NCBI GenBank assembly: GCA_965203295.1
Contig: CBDBCZ010000016.1
Span: 384,001-448,000, forward strand
Length of the DNA: 64,000 nucleotides
Direction: 5' to 3'
Source: Nitrospirales bacterium
GTDB lineage: Bacteria > Nitrospirota > Nitrospiria > Nitrospirales > UBA8639
Every line of letters starts with the position of its first letter. Positions within the stretch are counted from its first letter, which is position 1. Below, piece after piece: positions 38,438 through 54,671 of this stretch. The notes under the pieces are model-generated. The model was not told where the DNA came from, searched no databases, and saw nothing but the letters and a program-made list of their open reading frames with translations. The position numbers and the translations under genes are program-made.

Positions 38438-39260
38438 GGAGTACGGTAGTACTCCATATGTAGGGATGGCTCCAAAACAAAATGGCGTCTCCATTAACTG
38501 TGTATAAAATTATATGTTCATTACACTGCTGTAGGCGTAGTCTAGGGCGAATATGAGCCCTACCAGTTATTATCAGGCGTTTTTATCACTAATCAGACTG
38601 TTAGCGCTGCTAAAGAACATCACTTAAGTACCAAACCGGCAAGTAGCAAATCGGGCACATTCGGCTATCTTCTGATTCTGATTCTTCTTCAGCCAGGCTA
38701 GCGCAATAACGGCTGAGGCAATCACAATGATTCAAGCACGAAGACGCTGGATATTCCCTGGGGTATTGCACTCGCAGCATAGCGTTTTCAAAGAAACGAA
38801 TAGGTTCGGCAGTCATTCACGAGTACTCTTGAGCGGAAGCTCGCCGTTGCACGCCATTTAATGACTTGCATTACGTAATGCTTAGACTGCACGTGTTCGA
38901 ATTCGTCTATTTAATGCCTACCTTTGATCGTGCAGTACAGTCTGCTCGGGCCTGAGCTGCGAGTTGCATCCCCTGGTTCGTTACTGCGTAAGTTACACAA
39001 ACTTTAGCTATAAAATGAAGACACTTTACTCACATGGCAGATTATATTTGTTTGGTGAACGGTTTCTGGCCAGAGGTGCTGCTGAAGAAATTATAGTATT
39101 ACCGGTAAACGAAATTCTTGTGTAGCCAGACTAACCGGTGTCATAAGAAAAAGACTCCATTTGTAAGTACCCTAAATACGTTGTAATGGGATGAATAATA
39201 CTGTAGGGAGCAGACAGCTATTTGCAGTACACGTCTTTGTCCTTGGCGAGTGCATGCAGT
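38438..39260. repeat. Dispersed ~0.8-0.9-kb repeat family; further copies at ~56275-57190, ~58424-59360 and inverted at ~62940-63240
   Basis: Shared ggagtacggtagtactccatatgtagggatgg start. The recurring short ORF 'MLRVQYPREYPAC' appears in all four copies. Confidence 0.8.
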
Positions 39261-40164
39261 GCCATGTCATTTATGGAACTGTCCACGCACAGCCATTTAT
39301 GACTGATACAATTGCCCCCAATGAAACACGGACACTGCACTGCAACTACTGCACTCTACAACTAGCCACTCGATCAATACCGCACATGCATATTGCTCAT
39401 GCATACCCCACAAACCACACTTCTGTAGATGTTCACAATGGTCCTCCCCCGACAAAAAAAGAGCAGGAACAAGTTTTAGAAAAATCATTTAACACCCAGT
39501 ATCACTCTACTCGTACCAACACGTTCACATACTTCCATACATCTGCAACAGTATACATCACAACACTTCTTTATACACAATAAAACACCCCACATGTACG
39601 TCCTTGTACACAAACACAAAACAATCCAAACTCAGAAATCTACCGGCCAACCCCACTCATAATAACATCAACACTCCATAACACTCCAAACCCTTTCATG
39701 CCATCTCCCCCCAAAAAAACGCCCCAAAACAAGTTACAGAAAAAGCACTTTCCAAAAAGTGCAGAAACCAGTCATGTAGGGATGCACTACCAGCAAAAAA
39801 CACTTCCTCAAAAACCAACGAAACAAGCGACAATGCACACCGGAAGGCGTGCACAGACTATCCACATATCACTGTGTAATTAGAACACATGAATACCATT
39901 ACAGCTGTAAGTGGTATTCTCACCCAACATGGACCTATAGGCCAGAGGAGGTTGGACACACATTCCTTAACGTGCGCAGTCACGTGCCCTTTGCTGCACT
40001 TAATTACATTCCACATTGTATACCATTCCAGCATGCAATCAGCTCACTGAGAAGCTAACAAGTACAGATTAATGCTAGGTAGGCATCAACAAAGAGGTAT
40101 ATACATGATTTAGCAAGCACCAAAAAGACTTACTGTTCAGCAATTCAAGTAATTCTGTGAGGTG

Positions 40165-40773
40165 CTGTCATAGTAACAATGGACCCCCTCAAAATTGGTT
40201 CCCCCCGGAACCAATTTATCGAAAAATATGGACCCCTGGAACTTACTTCACTGCTAAATTTGGATCCCCTCTGAAAAATTTGGACCCCTGCCGAAATTAT
40301 TGTTTTAATGAATATGGACCCCCCAGAACTTTTTCTCTGGAAAATATGGACTCGCTCTGTCATTCTCTTGTACGTCTCAGTCACTTCGAAGTGACCTGAA
40401 GTTGGGCTCAGAGTGGCAAGCTTTCAGCACCCTTCTCTGCTCTTGTAGCGACACAACAACTTTCGCCTTCGTTTTACTGCCAGCTTCCTGACAGCTCTTT
40501 CCTTTTCTTTCATGAGCTCCGGGTTAGTAAGCATACCGAACGGTATATTCACGTACCTTTTTTCTTTTTCTTTTTTTTGCTGTCGCTCTCCGCCATTGCC
40601 GCCATCCAAAAGACAGTACATGTATACAAGATAAGCAAGAGCATCTTTTATACCCCCTTGACAGGCACGTGCAAGCCGGGGGGGGGACCAATGTTTCTGG
40701 GGGGGTCCATATATTTCAGAAAAATTCATTCCAGGGGAACGAATTTGAAGGGGGTCCAAATTAAACGTGACAG
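40165..40773. mobile_element. Non-autonomous DNA transposon, CTGTCA termini, 2-bp TSD (TG)
   Basis: tg|ctgtca...tgacag|tg; subterminal ggaccc repeats inverted at the two ends. Confidence 0.75.
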
Positions 40774-41828
40774 TGCCATAGGTGTGACAGAAACACTGAC
40801 TCAAAACACAGGTAAGCATAGCTCGTTCTAAAGCTGCATTGGACTGTAGATGGTTGGAACGGATCACACCCTGTTCAGTAATTAGGGTAGTTACAACCGA
40901 CACTAATCAGGTACACACATCAAGCCATACACGTTTACGTGAGCTACGAGGCTAACCTACCACTAGCTACTATACATTTCCAATAATAGCAAAGGAACTA
41001 CAAACTGTTTAGTCTGAAAAGACCTGACAAGAAACGAGCCGAGTCTTCTACCAGTGGCTGTCACCACCCGCTTACTGCTACTCGTGGTTGAGACTGTTAC
41101 TCAGAAACAGAACCTTGATCAATATGCCCCACCCCATGACATCATTGGTATTTACAGCAACCAGCTCTTGCGTCTTTTCCCCACTGACCACTGCTACTAA
41201 CACTGCCACCTTGCTTGGACTCAACAACTGCTACCTAGCTAGGAATTGAACAGCTCCATGATATACAGTAAATGGAGTCAGTGTCATTCGCCTACATGTA
41301 CGGTAGGCTATGGCTGTGAAGAGCTAGGCTGCAGTTCTAGCGTGCCTGAATTGTTTTGCAGTTGTTTGTAGTCTCCTCTGAGTTACTGCCTCCATGTGGC
41401 TCAGGCCGGGATCTGTCAGCAGTACTACTGCCACTGGCAGATGCATATCACATGTAGATGGCACCTTTCTATCTATACAGAGCGAGTTCAAAGAGCACAA
41501 GTAGTTGCGTGAGTGAAGCGAGTACACCTGCTGGTAATTAACGGCATGTACAACCATACCAGACTCTCCCATTCTAGTCTCGTGCCCAGACCTTGGCTCC
41601 TCCCCCTTGCTGAAACGGTCTGGCGACCCAAGTTTCAGGTAGGCATGGCAAGGGAAAAGCCTAGGGTGTCATTTGGAAAATCGTCCAGGGGTGGATAAGG
41701 GGGTAATGACAAATACCAGGACAGAATTCTCAAGGGGAGGGGGGTGGAGCAAATGCCCTGCACAAGTCTCTCTGATCCCCTGTCACAGGACAGCCCTTGC
41801 GATTTAAGTTTCTGTTCTACATGTACTA

Positions 41829-41964
41829 CAGTGGAACCCCTCTATTGTGGGGATGTGGTAAACTAGAGAGATGTCCTCATTTCAGGGGTAAGTAAATCAT
41901 TGGACCTTGAGAAGGGTTAAAGGTGTCCTTATTTCAGGGGAGTCCTTAAAGAGGGGTTCCACCG
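41829..41964. mobile_element. Tc1/mariner (pogo/Tigger-like) MITE
   Basis: ta|cagtggaacccctct...agaggggttccaccg|ta. Confidence 0.8.
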
Positions 41965-44900
41965 TATAGCCATGGCCACCAGAAAAATTCACACTGGCCA
42001 CATTGAGACATTAGCATGCACTGTAGCAAGGTCCTAGCATTCCACACACACTCCCTGTGCTAAAAGTCCTTGTGTTCAAACAAGTCGGCTGCTGTAGCTA
42101 TAGGATCGCTATCTGCAGAGTAACAGCCAGTCGTGCAGAGAGGATGGGTGTGTTGAAGCTACAATCCGAGGTGAGCGACTGGAGAAGGCTCTGTCACTCA
42201 CACCAGGAGCACATGGGCTTCTGGTATTATGGGAACTTATCAAATTATTGCCAATTCAGTATGACCTTTGAACCATTAATGTTCTATTCCTTTAATAGCA
42301 GTGGCAATAGCTTCTAGTGGTGGGTGATACTGATACCAATTTATAGCAGCACTTGCTCAAACCACTTGTGGGTTTCCTTGTCCATGTAATTATGGCACAT
42401 GAATATCATTACACTACAACCACTATCCTGACTACATAGGAGTCTTCTACCACTGGTTATCACTGACTACATACTGCTACTTGTGGTTGAGACTGTTGCT
42501 CAGAAAGGTAATACGAGACTTCCAATACATGTATGTCAGAAAGGTAATATGAGAGCTTCACTATGTCCTGACATCAATAATATGCAAACAGTGTTTCCAC
42601 ATTGCTACACTGAGGTGTTCTTTGTACTATGGCCTTGTTCCCAGGCCTTCCCCGCACAAACGAACGAAGTGCGGATGCTCTTAGTAAACAGGAACAGCCC
42701 GAAAACCATTATCTCCGACTTGTACAGTGAGAACTGTCATTGACTGCAGCTAGCTCAGCTAACACATGGCTTCACTGCTCAGGCACGTTGCTATGACGAT
42801 CACTCAACTAAGATGTTATCATGTCATGTGGGGGTGGGGGTAGGGGTAAGGATAAGGTTAAGGTTAGGGAGGGATACGTTTAGAATTAGGGTTAGGGTTG
42901 GGGATGGATAGGGGTAAGGCAGGTTATGGGTTACGGAGGTTTAAAATAAAGCTCACTTCCTGCCTCCTCAAACTGTCATTTCACCTGTCGAAGGTGTGGC
43001 AGACAAGGGCATATTCCACCCTGTGAAGATTATCTTTCAGGCAGTTCACTATCAGACCCTTGCTATTGGGCTTCTAAAAAATTCGAAGCCCACTGAAAAT
43101 TATACAAAAGTTGTGAAAGTCTGTTATACATGTAGTGTTCACCACGTTATATACTAGCACTTGCTGAAACTCTTGTGGTCATACAGACTGAGTGCAAATA
43201 GGACACATGAATACCAATATTGTGGAGTCTGGGGCATGGATGGCTGGGTATGAGACCATGCTTTGAGCTAGCAATTACACAATCTGTTCAGTTATCGTTT
43301 CGTAAGGAACAGCTATAACATGCAGATACAAATATTTCTAGTCTAGCGTCTCGTGCCCAGACCTCTGCTTGCTCACACACCAAACATTCACATTGTATGG
43401 CATCAAATTTCATGACCCCACGGCTGGAGCATACATGAGTCCTTCAACGAAACTACTCCAGGTTTGCACTACTGCATGATGTACACTGCCTCGTCCCCAG
43501 GCATTTATTCCAATCCTAAAGTCTGTAGCACTAATGGATTCTGAGATTAGCTACCAGAAGGGTAGATTCACGACCTTCCCTTGACGTCCAAGCACTACAA
43601 CTATATGTGCCCATCCACACACAATTATCTACCACCTTGGAAGTCACCAAAAGCAGAAAATACAGTTCTTCCAAGATTTAATTTACTGGGAATTTGCAAA
43701 CTAGCGGATACTATAGTGCAAAATCCCTCCATTAATGAATTACTGTCTGCTGCACTAGTAGAGTTTGAGAAGGTCATGAGCATCAACAGTCTGGGTTGCA
43801 ATGCATAGAAAGTGATTGCTAGAGTTTCTTGTGTATTGATAACAGAGCTTGGGCAAAGCTGGGCCAAACTATTGAACATGGTCGTGTGACAGCCTACATG
43901 TAATAATGATCATGGAGTTGCTGCCTGTACTGAAATAGTCCAACCTCCCCTGAATGGTACATATATACTGTGCATGTGTAATGTGGTACACTGAAGGTTA
44001 GATCAGGAGCATACCCAGCACTAGTCTCGCGCACAGCCCCACGTTAGAGAGGATGGTGATGGTCTGGTGCCTTGTTGCCGAGCGCCTTAGCCCGAGGCAA
44101 CTAATCCTGCATAGCATCTCGGCTGTATGTTATGTATCACCTCGTCCCCAGGCTCTCCCCTCTAAAACATTACAAGACGGGGGAGAGCACGGTATATGTA
44201 TTTTCCCTCACAGACTTCCGACTGCTTTTGTAAGCAGGCTGACTATTCTTCTCTTGGCTGCAGTTCATACCATCAGCTGAGCCACTTGTATGGACGATAT
44301 CAACCCTGATAAACCTACCAAGTATAATCTACAACACCCAGACAGTAAGAGATTTTGAATGGGGTGAGCCTGAGCCAGCTCCACACTAGTTGCATACATC
44401 AATGTATATTCTGTCCCCTGTCCATTATGGTACTTATATCTTGTACCCTCCTGGCATCGGGGAAGGGGGGGGGCAATGCAAGTGTTCAAAATAGCATCTC
44501 TGGCAGAGGAAGCATTTTGTGATTGATTGATGTGTAGTCTTCACAACAAGAGCACTCAAACACGCTTGCTGGCAGTGAAACACTTTGACATTTGAGGACA
44601 CCCCGGACCTTGCTCAAAGCATGCAAGCCGCAAATAGGAACACTAATTAAAAGAAACTGAAACAGCAGGGTTTAGTGTAGGGCATGCAAGTATTGAAGGC
44701 CATGAACCTTTAAGGGTTCAGGTAACGAGAGGGGGGGGGGGGGTATGTAGCTTCCAAGTATACATGAGAGCATGTCATTGCCTTCACATTTTGACCAAAA
44801 GACCTACGTACCCTGGGAGCTCATTGTGTCTGCAGGGGTTAATCTTTGTTTTCACAATGACACCGAAATGCTGGCATACTAGTCACTGCAATGATTGAAC

Positions 44901-46449
44901 AGAATCATTACTGCCAAACTCTACAGCAGCAGTGAACTGGCTTATGAAGCCACACTTATGCAGTGTCCACTTATGCAGTGTCCCCTCATCCACACACGTA
45001 GCAAGTCAGCCGTGATACTAAATTGCTACTGATGTGTAAAGCCCAACCATGCCCTCTCCAACTGTCCTTTCATCGCTGCTACCCGCTGCGCAGATCATCT
45101 TCTGTCTCGGTTCTGGTATTTGCAAGCAGTTTAACTATCAAAGACCCCATCTACTGGTTGGCAATTAAGTCACGAACAACCACTGCCCCCCGCCCCCCAT
45201 CAGAGATTCTGAAATTTGGACAGCATTTCCTAAAAGTAAGTGCATGTACATGTGTACTGGTCAGTAGTGTACAGTTATGCAGAATGGTCCGAAGCCCCAA
45301 AAAAAAATTTCTTAAAAAAACAACATTACAGTACCGCCTTCCCCATCAGATTCACTATCCCACCTTATATACCAGCACTTGCACAAAACACTTGTGGGTT
45401 TCCATGTAATAGGTAATTAGGGCACATGAATAATATCACAACAGGACAATTATGCATGGATGACTGGACATGAGACCACACATGAACCAATCACATGGGA
45501 CTGTACTCAACTTCAGCTACTGGAAAACTAGTGATATGCAGGGCATAGTGGGGCAAGCCCATGTAATAGATAATTAGGGCACATGAAGACAATTATGTGT
45601 CTGGAGCATGGAAGCCTGGGTATGAGACCATAATCTAGCTAGGCAGAACTAGCAATTACTATTTTATTTAGCTACTAGATTCAGGAACCACCTGTCTCGT
45701 ATGCCAAACGGTGTATGAAGTCAAAATTTTGACCCTACGGTTGAAGCATACGTGAGTCCTTCGAACAAAACCAGTTTGCAATACAGCACGATGTGCATCG
45801 CCTCGTCCCCAGGCTCTCCCCTTGAAACATCATAGAACGAGGGAGAGCCCGGTATATTTCCTCAAGAGATAAATTTAGCAGCAGTGAACCAACTAACAAA
45901 AACACTGTCAATTGGTAGGCTGGCTATCAAGTTACGGACAAGAAGAAGTCTCACACTGCCAGAATAGCACCTGTGTAACTAGACTAGTGATATGCAGGGC
46001 TTAGTGGGGCGAGCCTTCGCGAAGCATGTAGCGTGCAGTAGAAAATGTGATGACAATGAAGAAAACTGTGCATACATGAATTCTTCACAATCAGTTCCTG
46101 TTTGTCTATTCTGTATGTACACGGTCTCAGTTCCAGGGTATCTGCCAGCAACCACTGTAGTGCACGAAGTACGATCGATGGGTAGCGCCTTCCTTTCTCA
46201 TGACTGTATGCCTTCAAGCTCATTGGGCTTGCTCAGGCTCGCCGCCAAAGATACAGTAACTGAGTTGGACAGCATTTCCTAAAAGGCAAGTACAGACAGT
46301 ATACGTAGACTTCTGACAGTACGATTGGAACACCCAAAATTTAACTGGTAGATGTTTTTGAGTTTACTCAGTTTAATATTGCTACATGTATAACAGCACT
46401 AGCTCAAAACACTTGTGGGTTTCCTTGTCAGTCAGTGCAAAAGGTATAA

Positions 46450-47135
<686 letters not shown>

Positions 47136-48963
47136 ATGGAACATGAATATCATCACAATAGGCTGGGGCATGCATGGCTGGGTATGAGGCCATGCTCTAG
47201 CTTATGGTGGAGTCTGGGGCTTGGGTATAAGACTCGTAGCATAGTACTTTCAAAGAAATTGAATAGTGTCAGCAGTGATTACGAGAACTCTCGAGTGGAT
47301 GCTTGCCGTTTTACGCCATTTTATGTCTAGAATTACACATGCACAGACTGACTGCCACCACGTGTTTATCTATTAAAAGCCTACAACTTCGATTGTGCTG
47401 TCTGCTTTTCTGGTCTGCTAGTTCGTGACTGCAGAAGTTACACAAACTGCAGCAATAAAAACAAATAGACTTACTCACGTGGCTGATTATAGTTTCGTGA
47501 TACAAATACGGAAAAGACCCACCCAGTCACTCATCTAAGTATAGTGTTTAAGGTATGAGTGATACTGGAGAGGGCAGGCAATCATTCATCCGTGTGACAC
47601 TAGATAGAAACTGCCTGGTTCACGGAGATCGAAGATTGTTCAGGAGTTTTGCCATCGTTGCCTTATGTCAATAACTGAATTATCTGTCACAGCAACATGC
47701 CCCAATGTCACTCATCCTCCCATCACCTCAATCCCACACCTACCATGTTGAGCAGCAATAAACAATTGCAGCTGCTCACAGTGCAGACAACTCTTGTCTC
47801 CCTCACACATATTACAGATTCTACTGGTCACAACTTTCGAGGGAAACACCCTGATTCTTTCCCTACTAACTACAATGAGAAATTTCCTCACTATAAAATG
47901 CTATCTTCGACTAAGAGCAAATTTAATCCATTTGCAAGTGAGATGATGCACGTACATAATCTTAAGCACTTTAAAAACAAGTCACAGCACAATAGACCCT
48001 CTACCATTATGATGTAATGAGGAGTAGGCACTAAATGGAAAATTTGCATGGAAGCATCATGCTTTTGTTTAAATTTTACATGAAGCACATAAACAGGCAC
48101 GTTTTCGTGTATTTTCTCCATTTAGTGCCTCCTATTATCCCATTACATCATAATGGTAAAGGATTAAACTAACATCTCATCACTCCGTGCAACAAATACA
48201 GCATGATTGGAAAACAAACTATAACCAACACGGTGGGAACTAGTTACCCTGGAATCATTTCATGGTTACCATTCCTACATTATTTTTTGGGGATTAATCC
48301 TGCTTCATTTTTTTTGTAATAGACATGTATCCTGTATCTACAAGTGCTTTTTGTGGTACACAGAACCTAAAGTGTGTTTATGATTTCATGGAAGTTTTCA
48401 TCGAAGGAGAAACAGTGCAGAATAATTTAGTTAATTACCGTTCATAAAGGACCGTCACGAATTTCATGAAAGACATTGCTACAATACCAAATTACGGCGC
48501 TTTGATGAAGCCATGATTAGGAGGAAACATAGATTTCAGATGTAGAGGCCTACTTGCATTGTGTAGGAAAGACTACAGAATTGCACTGCGGCCAGATGTA
48601 AGTGCTAGTTACACCCCATTGATAGCATCATCTCACTAGGTTACAGCAGCTTTCATAAACCTTGCTACAGCAAACCAGAATCACAACTAGTTAATGGTTT
48701 GATGATTCAAGAAGTGACCACCTCCTTTCAGAAGAGCACAATTAATCACTCACCCACCAATTAGTGCCCTGGGCTTTACTCTATAAGCTGTACATCTCAG
48801 ATGCACATCTCTTGCAGACTCACATTATTAGGGGCTGCTCCAATCTGAGATCCGCTGTGCTTGGTCTCTGCCACTGCACTACTGGAGTGCCTCACGGCTG
48901 CTGCAGCAATCGTGGCTGCACGGCTCACTGGATAGCCAGCTCTGCTGCATGGGAAAATGCTGT

Positions 48964-49504
48964 AGTCTCATACCCAGACCTCCACTCTCATACCCAGACC
49001 TCCACTCCCATACCCAGACCTCCACTCTCATACCCAGACCTCCATTCTCATACCCAGACCTCCACTCTCATACCCAGACCTCCAGTCTCATACCCAGACC
49101 TCCACTCTCATATCCAGACCTCCACTCTCATACCCGGACCTCCACTCTCATACCCGGACATCCACTCTCATACCCAGACCTCCAGTCTCATACCCAGACC
49201 TCCACTCTCATACCCAGACCTCCATTCTCATACCCAGACCTCCACTCTCATACCCAGACCTCCACTCTCATACCCAGACCTCCACTCTCATACCCAGACT
49301 TCCACTCTCATACCCAGACCTCCACTCTTATACCCAGACCTCCACACTCTCATACCCAGACCTCCACTCTCATACCCAGACCTCCACTCTCATACCCAGA
49401 CCTCCACTCTCATACCCAGACCTCCACTCTCATACCCAGACCTCCACTCTCATACCCAGACCTCCACTCTCATACCCAGACCTCCACTCTCATACCCAGA
49501 CCTC
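48964..49504. repeat. 20-bp minisatellite (ctcatacccagacctccact), ~27 copies
   Basis: Direct reading. Confidence 0.98.
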
Positions 49505-50540
49505 TATGCCCTCCCTGCCTAGTCTCATGCCCAGATGGTTGTTTCACCCACTTACATTCCATTTGGGTCGCCAGACCGTTTCAGCAAGGGGGAGGAGTGA
49601 TAGTCTGGGCACGAGACTTCTCCCCCTCAAGGAGAGTCTGGTGCTCTCAATGAACTCGTTTGCCACAAAGAGCATAATTAACGAGCTTTGTCCTGTGACC
49701 CTCCCTCCGTTCAGGTGGGCGTGGCAAGGGGAAAGCCTAGGGTGTCCTTTAGAAAACCGTCCAAGGGTTGAAAAAGCAATTGTAGCTGCTCACAGTGCAG
49801 ACACCTCTTGTCTCCCTCACACATACTACAGATTCTACTGGTCACAACTTTTGAGGGAAAATCCCTGATTCTTTCCCTACTAACTATAATGAGAAATTTC
49901 CTCAGTATAAAATGCTATCTTCAACTCAAGCAAATTTAATCCATTTGCAAGTGAGATGATACACATTAGCACTTTAAAAACACGTCACAGCACAATAGAC
50001 CCTCTACCATCATGATGTAACGGGGGAGGGGTAAAGTAGGCACGAAGTGGAAAATTTACATGGAAGCATCATGCTTTTAAAATTTTACATGAAAGCCAAA
50101 AAACAATTCACGTTTTCGTGTGCTTTCTCCATTCATTGCCTCTTTTTGCCCCATTACATCATAACAGTAAAGAATTAAACTAACATCTCGTCACCCCACG
50201 TAACAAATGCCACATACACAGCATGGTTGGAAAAAACTAACCAAACAAGGTGGGAACGCTAACTACTTAGGAATTTTTTTAACGGTTACCTTCCTACATG
50301 TACATCATTGGACTTGTTTGGGATCCGTCCTGTTTCATTTTTCTGTGATAGACAGTATACTGTATGTGTGTGTGTGTGTGTGTGTTATATGCAGTGTGCG
50401 TGTGTGTATGTGGGTGTTTGTGATAGTGTGCATCGTTACATAGGTTGAAGTAGTAAATGTGAGTGAATTGGCTGGATTGCTTTAATACACCCACACAGTG
50501 AGTAAAACTATTATGGGGATTCATTATGCCTATACCTACA

Positions 50541-50599
<59 letters not shown>

Positions 50600-50611
50600 A
50601 CACACACACAC

Positions 50612-51724
<1,113 letters not shown>

Positions 51725-52339
51725 CTAGACGTCAAGAATGGAAAAAAAGCTAGGGATTGCTACTAATTCTCAGCTAGGTGCTTACTTCAAGTTTTCTAGA
51801 AGACTCTCAGTAGAAACAAAAGTATACACACACAACAATGCTGTGTACAGGCACAGCATATACTAGACATAACAGCAAAACCATTCAAGGGAGAATGTGA
51901 CTGGTGTATGTTATACTATAGCATTAAGCAAACATTAACACAAATGTTGCTTTTGATGTTCATGTGCATATATACATGTGTAAATATTAGGGGGAGGTAT
52001 GCAATGCATAATTATGCACGATCATGCATATGCGCGGACATAAATCTAAGTGAATATAGGAGTAGCTTTTTTGCAAGTACAAAATTTAGCCAGTTTTTAA
52101 AATCGCTACCTAATTTCGTTTCTGTTGTGCAGCAGAAGATGTGGAGGATTGCGATGGCAGGGAGGTGTGTGTTCTTGTTCATGTGACCATATCAATAAAC
52201 TCAGTTAAGCTGCATTCTATTTGCTGCCACTACAGATTGCTGTATGAAAACCACTGTTTTGGCAGTTGCTGCTTGCCCATATATGATGCACATGCATAAA
52301 TATAGATTTGATTGCTTTTGATCAACAACGTAAACAATT

Positions 52340-53612
52340 TACTGATACAGATGATAAAAATATAACTAATGTATTTACAGTGAAATCAATAGAGGTAGGC
52401 AGAGCAAAGAGATATCACAGTAAAAGGAATTTTACATTCATAATCTGAGTTGTGCGAGGGAATTTAATAACGCGGAAAACACATTTGTGATGCATTTCAT
52501 CAGCCTTATCTGCAATACTTTCACAAAACTATCAATCTGTAACCATGCGAAAGTATTACAGATACAGCTGATTAAATGCATCTCTACCGTGTCTCCCACA
52601 TTCTTCATTCTTGCACTCTCACAACTCAGACAACAAGTCTCAAATGCCTTCCTTACTCTGCCTACGTGTATATACTTTCACTGAAAACACATTAGCTATA
52701 AATAAAAAAAAACAGGACTTAGTGGGTTGTTGTTTGAGCTTCAACATGTCACATGCATGGCTACAAATTGATGGTTTTTGCAAAAGTATTACAGATACAG
52801 CTGATTAAATACATCACTAATGTGTTTCACATACTTGAACTCCCTCGCACAACTCAGACATTGTGATATCTCTTTACTTTGCCTACGTCTACATGATTTC
52901 AATGAAAGCACATTAGCTGTAATAAGTGTATCAAAGAAACTTAGTGGGTGGTTGTTTGAGCTTCAACATGTCACATGCATGGCTACAAATTGATGGATTT
53001 TGCAAAAGTATTACAGATACAGCTGATTAAATACATCACTAATGTGTTTCACATACTTGAACTCCCTCGCACAACTCACACATTGTGATATCTCTTTACT
53101 TTGCCTACGTCTACATGATTTCAATGAAAGCACATTAGCTGTCATAAGTGTATCAAAGAAACTTATTTGGTTGTTGTTGTGTACATACTTTCCCTGAAAA
53201 CACATCAGCCATGAATAAAAAAACAGGACTTAGTGGGTTGTTGTTTGAGCTTTAACATGTCACATGCATGGCTACAAACTGATGGATTTTGCAAAAGTAT
53301 TACAGATACAGCTGATTAAATGCATCACTAATGTGTTTCACATACTTGAACTCCCTCGCACAACTCAGACATTGTGATATCTCTTTACTTTGCCTACGTC
53401 TACATGATTTCAATGAAAGCACATTAGCTGTAATAAGTATATCAAAGAAACTTAGTGGGTTGTTGTTTGAGCTTCAACATATCACATGCATGGTCATTTG
53501 TTGTCTGAGTTGTGCAAGGGAGTTCAAGAATGTAGAACACAATAGTGATGTATCAAAAATCATCAATCTGCAACCATGCATGTGACATGTTGAAACTCAA
53601 ACAGCAACCCAC
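52340..53612. repeat. Complex ~220-290-bp tandem repeat (about 4 units) with inverted partial units at both edges
   Basis: aagtattacagatacagctgattaaat recurs at ~52551, 52784, 53006 and 53295. Reverse-complement pieces (tctgagttgtgc) at ~52444 and ~53503. Confidence 0.85.
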
Positions 53613-53683
53613 TTGTCAGCTTCTGAAAATCAGATATGAACAAACATATGATGCTCAGAACAACACTGTTAGCAACCACATGG

Positions 53684-53690
53684 TATAAAT
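53684..53690 (+). promoter_or_regulatory. Putative TATA box of the collagen gene
   Basis: TATAAAT 70 bp upstream of the ATG at 53754. Confidence 0.45.
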
Positions 53691-53753
53691 TCCTTTGATA
53701 GAGATCCTTCAGTGCATAAGTTTCGGGGGAGAAAACTTCTCTGGATAAGCAAG

Positions 53754-54671
53754 ATGAAGACTGCGTTCATATTCCTCTCTGTTGGCCTCCTAACTCCTGT
53801 TGTCCTGGCAAACCAAGGTAACTATTGGGAACCTACTAGGAGCTCATAGAAGGCACATTACATATCTCAAACTGTATTCATTTACAACACCCTACCTAAT
53901 TCCTTTACCCTTCAGGTGAAGCACTGCATCGCTCACAAAGAAACACTGAGTTGAGTGATTCACATGATACGTAGCACATGCCCACAAGTTGAACTGCTGA
54001 GGGGTCATGATGGCCGAGATGGACTGCCAGGCAGGGATGGTAAGGACGGAGAGAAAGGAGACATCGGCATTCAGGGTCCACCTGGGCTCCGAGGTCTACC
54101 AGGGGCTCCTCCCCCAAACAGCGGTGGGGTGCTCTACACCCGCTGGGGAAGAACAGCCTGCCCAGGTACACCTGGAACGGAGCTGGTCTACGCTGGAAGA
54201 GTTGGAGGGAGTTGGTATGGCAACACTGGCGGAGGAGCAAACTACCTCTGCATGCCAGATGACCCACAGTACCTGACTTATGAACCTGGAGTGCAGGATG
54301 TTAGTCCCATATTTGGAACAGAGTATCAAGCTTACGGTGGTCAACCACTACGGGCTGTACATGACCATAATGTGCCTTGCGCTGTTTGTTTCTCTTCAAT
54401 GCGAGAAACTGTCCTCATGCTTCCAGCCAAACCCACGTGTCCTCCCTCCTGGACTCTAGAGTACGCTGGCTACCTCATGTCAACCCACCGCAGTAGCAAC
54501 CACCACCGCACAATGTATGAATGTGTGGACAAAGATCCAGACTGCATACCAGGCAGTGCAGGAAACACTGATGGTGCTGTGTTCTACCACACTGAAGCCA
54601 ACTGCAATGGGATGCCATGCCCTCCTTACGACCCTCAGAAAGAACTTACCTGTGCAGTGTGCACCAAGTAG
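53754..54671 (+). CDS. Short-chain collagen C4-like (spongin-related) secreted protein; possible frameshift near 53970
   Basis: Signal-peptide exon 53754-53817. Exon 2 from 53916 has a short Gly-X-Y run and the cysteine-rich C-terminal domain (YTRWGRTACP, GGGANYLCMP, HNVPCAVC, ELTCAVCTK*). The spliced frame hits TAG at ~53972, out of frame with the collagen ORF. Confidence 0.9.

Noticed and set aside
38610..38816. Recurrent 'MLRVQYPREYPA' ORF as a small gene family
   Set aside because: Copies differ in start, length and frame through indels; consistent with a non-coding dispersed repeat.
42835..42935. Telomere or interstitial telomeric array
   Set aside because: Only a few degenerate TTAGGG-like units; better treated as low-complexity repeat sequence.
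48764..49653. 252-aa and 234-aa repeat proteins
   Set aside because: Read-through of a stop-free 20-bp minisatellite; period not a multiple of 3.
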